A stretch of 64,000 bases of DNA from Octopus vulgaris (Eukaryota). A model generated the notes under the pieces. It was not told the origin of the DNA. It worked only from the letters and a program-made list of their open reading frames with translations, and did no database searches. The position numbers and the translations under genes are program-made. Where the stretch lies: assembly GCA_951406725.2 (NCBI GenBank), contig OX597838.1, forward strand, positions 19,778,001 through 19,842,000, in the 5' to 3' direction. Below, one piece after another: positions 12,385-25,639 of this stretch (its first letter is position 1; the number at the start of each line of letters is the position of its first letter).

Positions 12385-14087
12385 CGTTTCTTATTTCTTT
12401 ATTGCCTACAAAGGGTTGAACATAGAGGGGACAAACAAGGACAGACAAACGGATCAAGTCGATTACATCGACCCCAGTGCGAAACTGGTACTTATTTAAT
12501 CGACCCCGAAAAGATGAAAGGCAAAGTCGACCTCGGTGTTAATTTGAACTCAGAACGTAACAGCAGACGAAATACCTATTTCTTTACTACCCACAAGGGG
12601 CTAAACACAGAGGGGGCAAACAAGGACAGACAAACGGATTAAGTCGATTACATCGACCCCAGTGCGTAACTGGTACTTATTTAATCGACCCCGAAAGGAT
12701 GAAAGGCAAAGTTGACCTCGGCGGAATTTGAACTCAGAACGTAACGGTACAAAGCCCGAAATTTTGGGGGAGTGTGGAGGGGGCAGTCGATTAGATCGAC
12801 CTCAGTACGCAACTGGAACTTAATTTAATGACCCCGAAAGAATGAAATGCAAAGTCGATCACGGCGGAATTTGAACTCAGAACATAAAGACGGACAGAAT
12901 ACCGCTAAATAAGTTGCCCTGCATGCTAACGTTTCTTATTTCTTTATTGCCCACAAGGGGTTGAACACAGAGGGGACAAACAAGGACAGACAAAGGGATT
13001 ATGTCGATTACATCGACCCCAGTGCGTAACTGGTACTTAGTTTATCGACCCCCGAAAGGATGAAAGGCAAAGTCGACCTCGGCGGAATTTGAACTCAGAA
13101 CGTAACGGCAGACGAAATGCCTATTTCTTTACTACCCACAAGGGGCTAAACACAGAGAGGACAAGACAAACAAGGACAGACAAAGGGATTAAGTCGATTA
13201 TATCGACCCCAGTGCGTAACTGGTACTTAGTTTATCGATCCCCGAAAGGATGAAAGGCAAAGTCGACCTCGGCGGAATTTGAACTCAGAACATAACGGCA
13301 GACGAAATGCCTATTTCTTTACTACCCACAAGGGGCTAAACACAGAGAGGACAAGACAAACAAGGACAGACAAAGGGATTAAGTCGATTATATCGACCCC
13401 AGTGCGTAACTGGTGCTTATTTAATCGCCCCCGAAAGGATGAAAGGCAAAGTTGACCTCGGCGGAATTTGAACTCAGAACGTAACGGCAGACGAAATACC
13501 TATTTCTTTACTACCCCAAGGGGCTAAACACAGAGAGGACAAGACAAACAAGGACAGACAAAGGGATTAAGTCGATTATATGGACCCCAGTGCGTAACTG
13601 GTGCTTATTTAATCGCCCCCGAAAGAATGAAAGGCAAAGTTGACCTCGGCGGAATTTGAACTCAGAACGTAACGGTACAAGGCACGAAATTTTTGGGGAG
13701 TGGGGGGGGGGAAAGTCGATTAGATCGACCTCAGTACGCAACTGGAACTTAATTTGTTGACCCCGAAAGGATGAAAGGCAAAGTCGACCTCGGCGGAATT
13801 TGAACTCAGAACATAAAGACAGACAGAATGCCGCTAAATAAGTTGCCCTGAATGCTAACGTTTCTTATTTCTTTATTGCCCACAAGGGGTTGAACACAGA
13901 GGGGACAAACAAGGACAGACAAAGGGATTAAGTCGATTACATCGACCCCAGTGCGTAACTGGTACTTAGTTTATCGACCCCCGAAAGGATGAAAGGCAAA
14001 GTCGGGCTCGGCGGAATTTGAACTCAGAACGTAACGGCAGACGAAATACCGCCCGGCGTGCTAACGTTTCTGCCAGCTCGCCGCCTT
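12385..14087 (-). mobile_element. Tandem concatemer of SINE family B units (~10 copies of the core)
   Basis: Repeated GATGAAAGGCAAAG(T)CGACCTCGG...TTTGAACTCAGAAC at ~125-220-bp spacing; one complete head at the 14087 end. Confidence 0.9.
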
Positions 14088-14891
14088 ATATTAATATTTA
14101 TATTAAACGTTGAATTCCAAGCCAACGAGCAACGGAAAAACCACTAAAACGTTCAATGACCAGAATTTGTTTACACAGGCCTAGGTTGTTTTTATATAAT
14201 CATACTTATACGTTTGCACACATCAGCAGTTTAGCTAATAACAAATGTAATCTTTGTAGTAGATATATAAACACTTCTGTCTTCCGATATTTATATATAT
14301 ATATATTGATATTTGGCAACAAGTATTTCACTAACCATACACTACAAGGATACATGTAACTGCATATACGCAGTGGTAATTAGAAAATTTCAAAGTAGAG
14401 ACGATCTTCAAAATGATAAAGTAGAAATAAAACAGAAATAAATAAAAATGTAATAAAGTAAAATGAAATAAAATAGAATAAGCAGATTGCATCAATAGAG
14501 AGACAGCAGAGATGTTCATCTTCTGGATTTAAAAAAAAAAATGGCTGCAATAAGAGAATGTAAAACTGCTGCCTCTTAATAATTTCACTCCTTTTAACTT
14601 ATTGCCTTGATGAAGTACGTTAGATTTTCTACTCCTCGCGGCCTGTTCATTGTACTCTTTTTCTCGATTGCACTACATAATATAAGTCTTGCCGACGCAG
14701 AACAACAACAGCCTCACTGGAGTTTGATCTGTATTGTTTAAAAGGAGAAGAGATAAATCTCTGTTCAGATAGGAGGCCTGATTCTTGAGATAACACAGAG
14801 CTGCAATAGCTAAGAGTGGTTGGATAAAGGTATAAGATTACAGGAAGAATATGCATGCGTGTATGTATGTATGTATGTATGTATGTATGTC

Positions 14892-15096
14892 ATTATTCAA
14901 TTTTATTTCAAGATTTCTTGCCATCAGGAGTGGCTGTGTGGTAAGTAGTTTGCTTACCAACCACATGGTTCCGGGTTCAGTCCCATTGCGTGGCACTTGG
15001 GCAAGTGCTTTCTACTATAGCCTCGGGCCGACCAAGGCCTTTTGAGTGGATTTGGTTGACGGAAAATGAAAGAAGCCCGTCGTATATATGTATATG

Positions 15097-15146
<50 letters not shown>

Positions 15147-15610
15147 CGTGTATAAGTGTGTGTGTGTATAAGTGTGTGTGTGTGTGTTTGTGTTTGTACC
15201 CCCCCCCCAACATCGCTTGACAACCGATGCTGGTGTGTTTACGTCTCCGTAACTTAGCGGTTCGGTAAAAGAGACCCATAAGTACTAGGCTTACAAAGAA
15301 TAAGTCCTGGGATCGATTTGCCCGACTAAAGGCGGCGTTCCAGCATGGCCGCAGTCAAATGACTGAAACAAGAAGAAGAGTAAAAGAGTAACAGAGAAAG
15401 ATCCAAGGTTCCTTCATTGAAATTTCAACAACATCAACAGGATATTTGTGCAGGTTTGCGTGTAGATGAGCAGTATGTGGAGTCAGTACACGTGCATCTT
15501 TATTTGTTTTGTTTTATGTATGTAGTCTCGTGCTTACACCTGCATATCTAGACACGCGCGTATATAATTCGATAGTAAGCTTCTGGAAAGTTTTACAAAT
15601 GTTTGCAGTT
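14892..15610 (-). mobile_element. R4/Dong-like LINE 3' end interrupted by a family A SINE
   Basis: ATTCAATTTTATTTCAAGATTTCTTGCCA and GATCCAAGG...ATTTCAACATCAACAGGATATTTGTGCAG match 56472-56715. Confidence 0.65.
14926..15390 (+). mobile_element. SINE family A, full length
   Basis: Head CAGGAGTGGCTGTGTGGTAAGTAG through tail GACTGAAACAAG. Confidence 0.9.
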
Positions 15611-16487
15611 ATGTATGTATGTATGTATGTATGTATGTATGTATGTATGTATGTATGTATGTATGTATGTATGTATGTATGTATGTATGTATGTATGTAT
15701 GTATGTATGTATGTATGTATGTATGTATGTATGTATGTATGTATGTATGTATGTATGTATGTATGTATGTATGTATGTATGTATGTATGTATGTATGTAT
15801 GTATGTATGTATGTATGTATGTATGTATGTATGTATGTATGTATGTATGTATGTATGTATGTATGTATGTATGTATGTATGTATGTATGTATGTATGTAT
15901 GTATGTATGTATGTATGTATGTATGTATGTATGTATGTATGTATGTATGTATGTATGTATGTATGTATGTATGTATGTATGTATGTATGTATGTATGTAT
16001 GTACGTATGTATGTATGTATGTATGTATGTATGTATGTATGTATGCATGTATGTATGTACGTATGTACGTATATTCGTATGTACGTATGCATGTATGTAT
16101 TATGCATGCGTGTGTGTATATCTGTATGCATGCATGTATGAATGTATGTACGTATATTTGTATATACGTATGCATGTATGTATGTATGTATGCATGCATT
16201 CATGTATGTATGTATGCATGCATGTATGTATCTTTGTATGTATGTACGTATATTTGTATGTACGTATGAATGTATGTATGTACGTACGTATATTTGTATG
16301 CATATGTGTATGTATGTATGTATACATGGATGTCTATATGTTTGTGTGTATTTATGTATGCATGTATGTATGTATGTATGTATGTACGCATATCTGTATG
16401 CATATGTGTATGTATGTATGTATGCATGCATGTATGTATGTATGTATGTATACTTGTATGTATTTATGCTTGTATGTATGTATGTAT
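15611..16487. repeat. (ATGT)n microsatellite: ~390 bp pure, then degenerate
   Basis: Direct inspection; source of the long MYVC/HTYI ORFs. Confidence 0.95.
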
Positions 16488-17234
16488 GCATCTTTCCAAG
16501 TGCATATTGCTAATCTGGTGATAAAATGCAGACGGCTAGCTGGATGGATTCTCCGAACTTTCAGAACAAGAGAGAAGGAGACACTGATGGTCCTATGGAA
16601 AACATTCGTCCTCAGCCGCTTGGACTACTGCTCCCAACTGTGGTCACCACACAATATAAAACTAACAGCAGAACTCGAAGCAATTCAGAGAAGCTACACA
16701 AAGAAAATCGTCTCAATGCAAAATATCAGCTACTGGGAAAGACTGAAGGTATTAAACCTCTTCTCCCTAGAGCGGAGGCGGGAGAGATATGCGGTGATAT
16801 ACATCTGGAAAATCCTGGAGGGTCTTGTCCCAAACTTTGGCATTCAAAGTTACCCCAACCGCAGAACGGGGCGCCACTGCATGGTGCCAAGGATTCCAAC
16901 ATCACCATCAAAATACAGGTCCAGATACTGCAACAGCTTGGGTTTCAGAGGACCACAGCTCTTTAACATCCTCCCTAAATGCCTGAGAGACTTACATGGT
17001 GTGGATGTGGGTTTCTTTAAAACTAAACTGGATCTCTTCTTGTCGGGAGTCCCAGATGAACCTACCTCACGACAGGAGACACAGATGCGGGCAGCAGCAT
17101 CGAACTCCCTTGTTGATCAAGTGCCACGTATCAGAGGTGGATTCACAAATTAGTGTAGCTCATTCAGCGGTGGTGCCCAGCATGGCCGCGGCCTTCGGGC
17201 TAAAACATTTTTAAGGATTTAAAGATTTAAGGAT
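16488..17234 (+). mobile_element. 5'-truncated CR1/L2-group LINE (C-terminal RT/thumb region, ~220 open codons, plus 3' tail)
   Basis: FQVHIANLVIKCRRLAGWILRTF...LSRLDYCSQLWSP...LEAIQRSYTKKI...SYWERLKVLNLFSLERRR is typical CR1-group ORF2 C-terminus. Stop at 17153; stem-loop and (TTTAAGGA)n-like tail. Confidence 0.9.
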
Positions 17235-17368
17235 GTATGTATGTATGTATGCATGCATGCATGTATGTATGTATGCATATATATATATATATATGTATGT
17301 ATATGTGTATGCATGTATGCTTGTATGTATTTATGCATGCATGTATGTATTATGTATGTATGTATGTC

Positions 17369-18882
17369 CTGCAAGGTGTCTAACGAAAAGCCATCCTCCT
17401 TGCCAAACAGTAGGGTTGTCGGTTTACCATTGACGGCACGACCTGTCAAAGCTGCAGACGAATTAAGGAGAGTCAACAGACCATCCAACAGCTGGGAGCA
17501 AGGAATGTCTAGTCTTTGCTTAAGAGAAGCAAAACTGATGCAGCACTTGCAACTTCGTTTGCATCAAATGATGTAGGCTAACTCTTCCTTGGGGAACAAA
17601 TTGCATCCCGGTTAGTAAGATCTTCCCAGCTATCAACCCACAAAACAGCAACAGTTTGTCGACAATTATCTCAAGATGGAATCAATGTCGAGACTCCTTC
17701 CCAATCTGGTATTTACAGATCGACTATCAAAGAAGTTGTTAAACTAAAAAAGAAAATGAAGAAAACACTACATTTAGAAAACTGGTCATTGCATTTTGAC
17801 GACCGAGAATACCAACTGCTAGTTTTAAAGAATGAAGAGGGAGAAGTTAAGTTAGAAGCACTCCAATTAGAGAACGGAAAAGCCGATACTGTTGTGAAAG
17901 GAATAACATCTGTTTTAGATGAATACAATTTATGGAACTGTGTAAAGTTGATTGTCGCTGATACAATGAGCGTGAACACTGGGAAAAGAAATGACATTGT
18001 CATTCAGTTGCAAAGAGTATTTGCTCAAAAGGGTTTGAAATAACAGCAATTTATTGGTCGTCAGCATCAAATCCTTGATAGATTGCTTCGTGTTGTAATG
18101 GATAATGAAATTAGAGAAAAAAAAAATCATTTCCCAAATATTTAATATAGATTCATCCGGGAGCTTCTAAGTAATTACGAGAAACTCCAGGCTAATTTCA
18201 ACAATGGTGAAGAAAAGATTACTGAATCAGCAGGATGGCGAGATGACATGAAATTTCTATTTCATTTGACCACATTTTTTCGTTTCTTTGAAGAAATTTC
18301 ATACTGTAAAGTTTCAAAAAAAATACCCAACTTAATTAATGCAAAAGGGAATAGCTCGTTTGTCATTTATTCTTCTACCAGAGAAAAGAGTTTTGCTTCT
18401 CAATGTTTGTCGATTCATCTCTTACAGCTGGGCAGATTTTTGGTTTATTGACCAAAGGTTCAATGCACATGATTATCAGAAGTTATGGGGTAGCCTGCCA
18501 GTTCATAAAAAAAGCATTGAACTCTGTAAAACCTTTTGGTGTCGAGAACCATCAAAAATGGAAATTCGCAAAACAAATCAGAGAACAGAACGGGCAATCA
18601 AGAGCCTTCAGAATCTTTCTGGCGTTTGTAAAAAGAAGGAGAAACTTCAGCTTCCATTTATTTTATCTAACAAAACACATTAATTCTTTTTATGTTTAAA
18701 AATTTGCTAACATCCAGCATCCTTTTTTCTTATACAGTTATTTAAATTGAAATTAAAACTATAAAATTAAAAATATGTATTGTTTTAAATTTTGTATGTT
18801 ATCGAATGCTTGTAGTGGCCTCTGTCTTAAAATAGCCTTGCATTGAAACTTTGCATAGAGCAATTTCAATTCAGTACTCTTA
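17369..18882 (+). mobile_element. Decayed hAT-like (hATm-type) DDE transposase
   Basis: Fragments WSLHFD..., IVADTMSVNTG (DTTxxNTG), GRQHQILD (CxHH-like), TNQRTERAIK (NDxAER-like). Stops and frameshifts are present. Confidence 0.75.
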
Positions 18883-18936
18883 AAGATATATAAATACACT
18901 TTTATTCCACATCGCTCTTGCGTTTACAAGGATTTA

Positions 18937-19975
18937 GGCAGCGGAAATACTTGGCAGAATCGTTAGCACACCGGGCGAAATGCTTAACGGTATTTCGTCA
19001 GCCGTTACGTTCTGGGTTCAAATTCCGCCGAGGTCGACTTTGCCTTTCATCCTTTCGGGGTCGATAAACTAAGTACCAGTTTCTCTCTGGGGTCGATGTA
19101 ATCGACTTAATACGAGATGTTGTTGATATTCCAATGAAGGAGCCTCTGTTATTCATTTACTCTTTTATTTGTTTCAGTCATTTGACTGCGGCGATCCTGG
19201 AGCACCGCATTTAGTCAAGCAATTCGACTCCAGACTTATTCTTTGTAAGCCTAGTACTTATTCTATCGGTTTTCTTTTGCCGAACCGCTAAGTCTGTCCT
19301 TGTTTGTCCCCTCTGTGTTTAGCGCCTTGTGGGTAATAAAGAAATAGGTATTTCGTCTGCCGCTACGTTCTGACTTCAAATTCCGCCGAGGTCGATTTTG
19401 CCCTTCATCCTTTCGATGTCGATTAAATAAGTACCAATCGACTTAAACCCTTCCCTCAAATTTCAGGCCTTGAGCCTACAGCAGAAAGGATTGAGACGGT
19501 AAGCTGACAGAATTGTTAGCAAGCTGAGAAAAATACGTAGCTGTATTTCGTCCGTCTTCACGTTCTGAGTTCAAATTCCACCGAGATCGACTTTACCTTT
19601 CATCGTTTCGGGAGTTGAAATCGATATCATTTGCATAATTATTAAGACGGCCAGCTTGCAGAATCGTTAGAGCGTCGAGTAAAACGCTTAGACGACAAAA
19701 TAAGTATCACTCGAGCACAGGATTCACTTCCCTCCTCTCCTAAAATTGTTTTCCTTCCACCAAAATTTGTGAAACCACTATTTATACAATGTGAAAGGCG
19801 GTGAGCTGGCATTTCGTCCGTCCTTACCTTCTGAGTTCAAATTCCGCCAAGGTCAACTTTGCCTTTCATGCTTTGCAAGTTGATAAACTATATACCAGCT
19901 GATCGCTGGAGTTAATTTACTCGACTTAGGCCCTTCCTCGAAATTACTGACCTGGTGCCAAAATTTGCAACTAAT
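18937..19975 (+). mobile_element. Cluster of degenerate SINE family B copies with a family A 3' fragment (19155-19292, minus)
   Basis: Repeated GTTCAAATTCC(G/A)CCGAGGTCGACTTTGCCTTTCATC cores. Confidence 0.8.
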
Positions 19976-20143
19976 ATAAATCAACATTTTTGAAACCACT
20001 TATATAATGAAATGTGATGGGATTTCGATCTCACTTAAACCCACTTGAAAAAGATCAAACCCAGTTTTTCCCACCTGAAGAATCGTCACCCTGCGAAAGA
20101 CCTTCGAGAGATACCACTTCCCTTTATGACTATTACCTCTGCC

Positions 20144-20525
20144 TTTTACCTCCACATTAGCGAATGCAGAGGCATTGTTTTCAGTCGTGTTTGTTTGTTT
20201 GTTTTTCCGTGGACAAGATATCTTAAGAACCGGTGGATGGATTTGGATGAAACTTTCAGGGATGTCTGTCCTCGTGACTGGCACGAACGGATTAGATTTT
20301 GGGATCGATCCGGTGTCAGACAAGGATTCTGGATTATTTTTCCTGTTTTTGTTTTTTTTTTACTTATTTTTTGAGAGCGGTGGGATTCCTTTTTAGTATT
20401 CTCCTTTGTGAGAGCAGTCGAGTTTATTTCAGATATTCTCATTTCAAAAATCATCCCTGGCTAAACTTTGAAAGGACATTGGTGTTGCCTTGGCAGAGGT
20501 TTGTGCTTTCTAAGTGCTCTTGTTT
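20144..20525 (+). mobile_element. Helentron-associated (HINE/DINE-1-like) non-autonomous element
   Basis: TTTTACCTCC...GAGG..TGTTTTC, (GTTT)n tract, GGATTTGGATGAAACTT core, and 3' GGCAGAGGTTTGTGC..GTGCTCTTGTTT. Confidence 0.65.
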
Positions 20526-21134
20526 CTTCTTGGGTTTCAAATTTTGGCACAAGGCCAGCAACTTCGGGGGAAGGGTGAGTCGATTACCAGTGCTCAACCA
20601 GTACCTATTTCATCGACCTCGAAAGGATAAAAGGAAAAGTCGACCAAGACGGAATTTGAACTCAGAGCATAATGACAGAGGAAATGCCACTAAGTATTTT
20701 TCCCGGAGTGCTAACGATTCTGCCAGCTGGCCGACTTGCACCTTCATATTACCAGCCAACAAGGGAAGGTCTACAACAGCCATGGGCAAACTGCGGCCCG
20801 CGGAACTTTATAAATGGCATGCCGAACAAAAAAATTACCTAGAATTTCTTTTTAATAGTGCGGGCCCTCTCATGATGAGCCATGTTTCATGCGACCCGCA
20901 TCTCGAAGGTCGCTTCAACTGTTAGAAACAGTAGCTAATTTCTGCTTTAAATTCCACTGGATAATAAAAGTCCTGAATATTCAGTGTCTTAAAATGAGAT
21001 GGTCGCGGACGGAACGCCTTTGATCATAGCCCTGTTCGTTCAGAGCTGACCTGGAACGGCAGCAATCTTTCATAACATTACGAGCCAACGAGAGGCCCAC
21101 TACGCCAGAAGCAACAGCCAAACCTTCCCAATAT

Positions 21135-21522
21135 CACACGGTTCCAGGTTCAAACCCACCACATGGCACCTTGGGCGAGTGTCTTCTACTGTAGCCACGA
21201 GCCAATCAAAACTTTGTGGGGAGGTTTCATAGATGGAAACTGAAAGAAGCCCATGGGGTTTCTATAGTCTTTTATTCGTTTATTCTTTTAATTTTAGTTG
21301 TTTGCCTGCAGCCATGCTGGAGCACCGCCTTTAGTCGAACAAATCGAACCCAGGACTCATTCTTTGTAAACCTGGTATTTATTCCATCGGTCTCTTTTGC
21401 CGAACCGTTAAGTTACGGGGACACGCCAACATCGGTTGTCAGGCGATGGTGAGCGGACAAACACAAACACAAAAACACACAAACACACACACATACATAC
21501 ATACATATACATACATACATAC

Positions 21523-21583
<61 letters not shown>

Positions 21584-21667
21584 GAGATAGGGGTTGTAAA
21601 TTCAACCCTCCATAGGATATCTGGTAGTTGATGATTGATTTAGATATATTTCTCCATTTTCTCATTT

Positions 21668-21721
<54 letters not shown>

Positions 21722-21880
21722 ACAGGTTTCTTTCAGTTTCCGTCTACCAAATCTACTCGCAAGGCTTTGGTCGGCCCGAGGCTATAGAAGAAGACCACTT
21801 GTCCAAGGTACCATGCAGTGGGACTGAACCCGGAACCATGGGGTTGGGAAGTAAGCTTCTTACCACACAGCCACACACAC

Positions 21881-21969
<89 letters not shown>

Positions 21970-22813
21970 CATACATACATACACATATGTGGAGGGCGTG
22001 AATGGGGGTGTATGTGTTTCTTGGAGGGGTGTCTGTGGGCGCGCGTGTGTGTGTTATGTTTGTCCCCCACTACCGCTTGATAACCAGTGTTGGCTTGTTT
22101 ACGTGAGGTTCGGCAACGGAGACAACTAAATAAGAACCAGGCTTTAAAAAAAAAAAAAGTAATGGGCTCCATTTGTTCGACTAAACCCTTCAAGGCAGGG
22201 CCCCAGCATGGCTGCAGTCCAATGACTGAAACAAATAAAAAGGAAATGATTATGCCCAGAAGTCATGTTATCCACTTTAATAACATAAGTACCAGGATGA
22301 AATAAATGGGTCTATATAATCGATAAAACCACCTCAATGTGGTGCTCTAGCATGGCCGCAATAAAATGACGGAAAATAGTTCAAGAGTAAATGACAACCA
22401 CTAACTTTCGCCAACTCAAACGCAACCAGGAAATTGGAGAAATTGATACCAAGGGAGGTAATTTAAAACGTTACAAATTGAAATTGCCTCCCTTGAATTT
22501 CTTTTTTTTTTTTCAGTGTATATATATTTTGAGGTTGACTTTTTCTGTCATTCTTCCAGGAGCGATCCGGGACTTATTTTTTAGGCCTAGTACTTATTCT
22601 ATGGGTCGTTTTTGCCGAACTGCTAATTTACGGGACGTAAACACACCAACATTGACGTGCTTTTTTCAGTTTCCATCTTCCAAATCCGCTCGCAAGTATT
22701 TCGTCGTCTCGAGGCTATTGTAGAAAGCACTTACCCAAGGTGTCACGCAGTGGGACTGAACCCGGAACCAGGTGGCTGGGAAGCTAGCTTCTTTCCACAG
22801 AGTCACACCTGCA
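21135..22813. mobile_element. Cluster of fragmented SINE family A copies in both orientations with (TA)n tracts
   Basis: Fragments at ~21135-21260(+), 21300-21490(-), 21722-21872(-), 22025-22240(+), 22565-22813(-). Confidence 0.8.
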
Positions 22814-23114
22814 CATTATTGTGTGTGTGTGTGTTACGGTCTCCTTGACTTGAATTCACATGATAGTTGTAAACGAGTGCCACTGTAATACGAGCGGTGT
22901 CCTTCATTTCTAGCCTTCCATAAAAGCAAGGTCTGGTCATGGGAAAGACTACCTTGCTTGGAAACAGGTGAGGTTTGGCGACAGGAAGAGCACCTCACCT
23001 TATGCTAACATGGAAATTCTTAGTGCTTTTCGATAGGGGATGACAAGTCTTTCGGACCACCCTATAGTTTTTACCTACCTTAATTTCTATACTTGAACGG
23101 TTGAGACAGTTTCA

Positions 23115-23296
23115 TGTAGATGGAGTCTGAAAGAAGCCTGTTGTATATGTATATATATATACTACTAATATAGGATGAAGTTTTTTTACAGAAAAAAATT
23201 TCATCAAGAAAAAGTGGCAGCATATTAAAATACCTTTTAAGGTTAAAATTATAAACAACTTATAAACATTTTCTTTTGCTCTTGTTTATAAGTTGT

Positions 23297-23334
<38 letters not shown>

Positions 23335-23545
23335 TTGGGTGTGTTTGTCCTCCACTATGCATGACAGCTGTTGTTGATGTGTTTATGTCCCCATAGCTGA
23401 GCAGTTCGGCAAAAGAGATCGATAGGACAAGTACCAGGTTAAAAAAGAAATAAATACTACAGTTGATTCATTCGACAAAAACATCTTCAAGGCGGTGCCC
23501 CAGCATGGCCGCAGTTTAATGACTGAAACGAGTAAGAAATAAGAA
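23115..23545 (+). mobile_element. SINE family A variant with internal AT-rich insert (left arm of an inverted duplication)
   Basis: Reverse-complement match to 26245-26610. Confidence 0.8.
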
Positions 23546-24224
23546 ATAAATAAAAAATAAAAAAAGAAAGAAAACCCAAGACCAAGATGAGTGGAAAAGA
23601 CAGGTAAAAACAAAAACTGTTCCGATGCAAGAGGAACGACTTGACTCTGTCTTTAGAAACGAGATGATCAAAGCCAGACTTTTTCAATTCCTGAACCCAG
23701 AACCAAGTGGTTGAGAAGTAAGCGGTGCCCCAGCATGGCCACAGCTCGTGAGCTGAAACTAGATAAAATATAAAATATATACCACACAGCCACGCCTGCG
23801 CCTGTGTATGTGTGTCTGTGCGTGTGTATACACGATGATAGCAGAAAAAAAATATTTAAATAGGAACTTCTTGAGCTTATTGCATATTCTATCATTTAAT
23901 TGGAGGTTTTAATTTATACACCATTTGCTCATTTGCTCATCAGACAGAGCGAGACGGTACGGAAAACAGAGCAAAGCCTCGCCTGCTCTTGTAAATCGAC
24001 AGAACAGTAACGTCAACGGTGAAGGATCCAGGGGCGACAACTCTCGAAAGTAACTCGCCGATGTCAACGCTTTCAAAGTAGGTCGCCCTACTTTTCAAGA
24101 AATAGCAATCAAATATTCCTAATAATCACACTATTTTCCTAATAATAGGAAGGACACATTGGATAAACTAGTAGTAGATACACTATCTGAAAAAAGGCAG
24201 GATTGTAACAATTATATATATATA

Positions 24225-24837
24225 AGGAGTGGCTGTGTGGTAAGTAGCTTGCTAACCAACCACATGGTTCCGGGTTCAGTCCCACTGCGTGGCATCTTGG
24301 GCAAGTGTCTTCTGCTATAGCCCCGGGCCGACCAACGCCTTGTGAGTGGATTTGGTAGATGGAAACTGAAAGAAGCCTGTCGTATATATGTACATATGTA
24401 TATATATATGTATGTGTGTGTGTGTGTTTGTGTGTCTGTGTTTGTCCCCCTAGCATTGCTTGACAACCGATGCTGGTGTGTTTACGTCCCCGTCACTTAG
24501 CGGTTCGGCAAAAGAGACCGATAGAATAAGTACTGGGCTTACAAAGAATAAGTCCCGGGGTCGATTTGCTCGACTAAAGGCGGTGCTCCAGCATGGCCGC
24601 AGTCAAATGACTGAAACAAGTAAAAGAGTAAAAAAGAGTAAAGAGTAAATATATATATATATATATGCTCTTTTTACTCTTTTATTTGTTTCAGTCATTT
24701 GACGGTGGCCATGCTGGAGCACAGCCTTTGGTCGAGCGAATCGACCCCAAGACTTATTCTTTTTTCGTAATAATAGGAAGGACACATTGGATATACTAGT
24801 AGTAGATACACTATCTGAAAAAAGGCAGGATTGTAAC

Positions 24838-24891
<54 letters not shown>

Positions 24892-25078
24892 TCTTTTTAC
24901 TCTTTTACTTGTTTCAGTCATTTGACTGTGGCCATGCTGGAGCACCGCCTTTGGTCGAGCACATCGACCCCAGGACTTATTCTTTGTAAGCCTAGTACTT
25001 ATTCTATCGGTCTCTTTTGTCGAGCGAACCGCTAAACACACCAGCATCGGTTGTCAAACGATGTTGGTGGGGACAAAC
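24225..25078. mobile_element. SINE family A full copy (+, 24225-24645) tail-to-tail with two minus-strand 3' fragments
   Basis: Family A motifs; a ~75-bp non-SINE segment is duplicated at 24140-24215 and 24768-24843. Confidence 0.85.
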
Positions 25079-25639
25079 ATTGCGGTCACTTGCTCGATAG
25101 AGCTTGGTGATTCTGACCATTGATTGATCTAGGATTCCTCCAGTTACCATCAATGGAAGAAGCACTGTTCACTCAGTTGAGTTCTTCCACTACCTCTTCA
25201 CAATCTGCCATGCTGCTTTCACAGATTCCCATGACTCGTTTGTCGCCATCCAATTCCAACACAACCATGGATGCTCTCTCAACAGAACTTGGTGATGCTG
25301 ACCATTGATCTTCTAGGATCCCTCTGCTCAGCACAAGAAGCACTTGGCTCAGTTCAGCTCTTTTGCTACCTCTTCCCTATCCAGCATGCTGCAAAACCAT
25401 AACTTCGCAGAATCCCTAGCAGGGTGGCTGAATTGGTGCTATGCCAATAACTGTGTAGGGTACCGTTGTTATTCCATGAACTATTTTCTAAATACCCAAC
25501 CACCCTGGTCTTGAATTAATGATTCATGATCTCATAGCTTCAAGACTTCCAAGATGCTAAGTGATTATTTTTAGAATGACATTGAGGGATAGGAGTAACA
25601 GACTGACCCCTGCAAGTTTTAAACATAAAACAGGTCGGA

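Noticed and set aside
14340-14730. Exon-like minus-strand segment after a TACAG acceptor
   Set aside because: Short unrecognisable ORFs and no linked exons.
15509-16521. Long ORFs (up to 516 aa) of MYVC/HTYI repeats
   Set aside because: They are translations of the (ATGT)n microsatellite; only the part after ~16488 is real (LINE) coding sequence.
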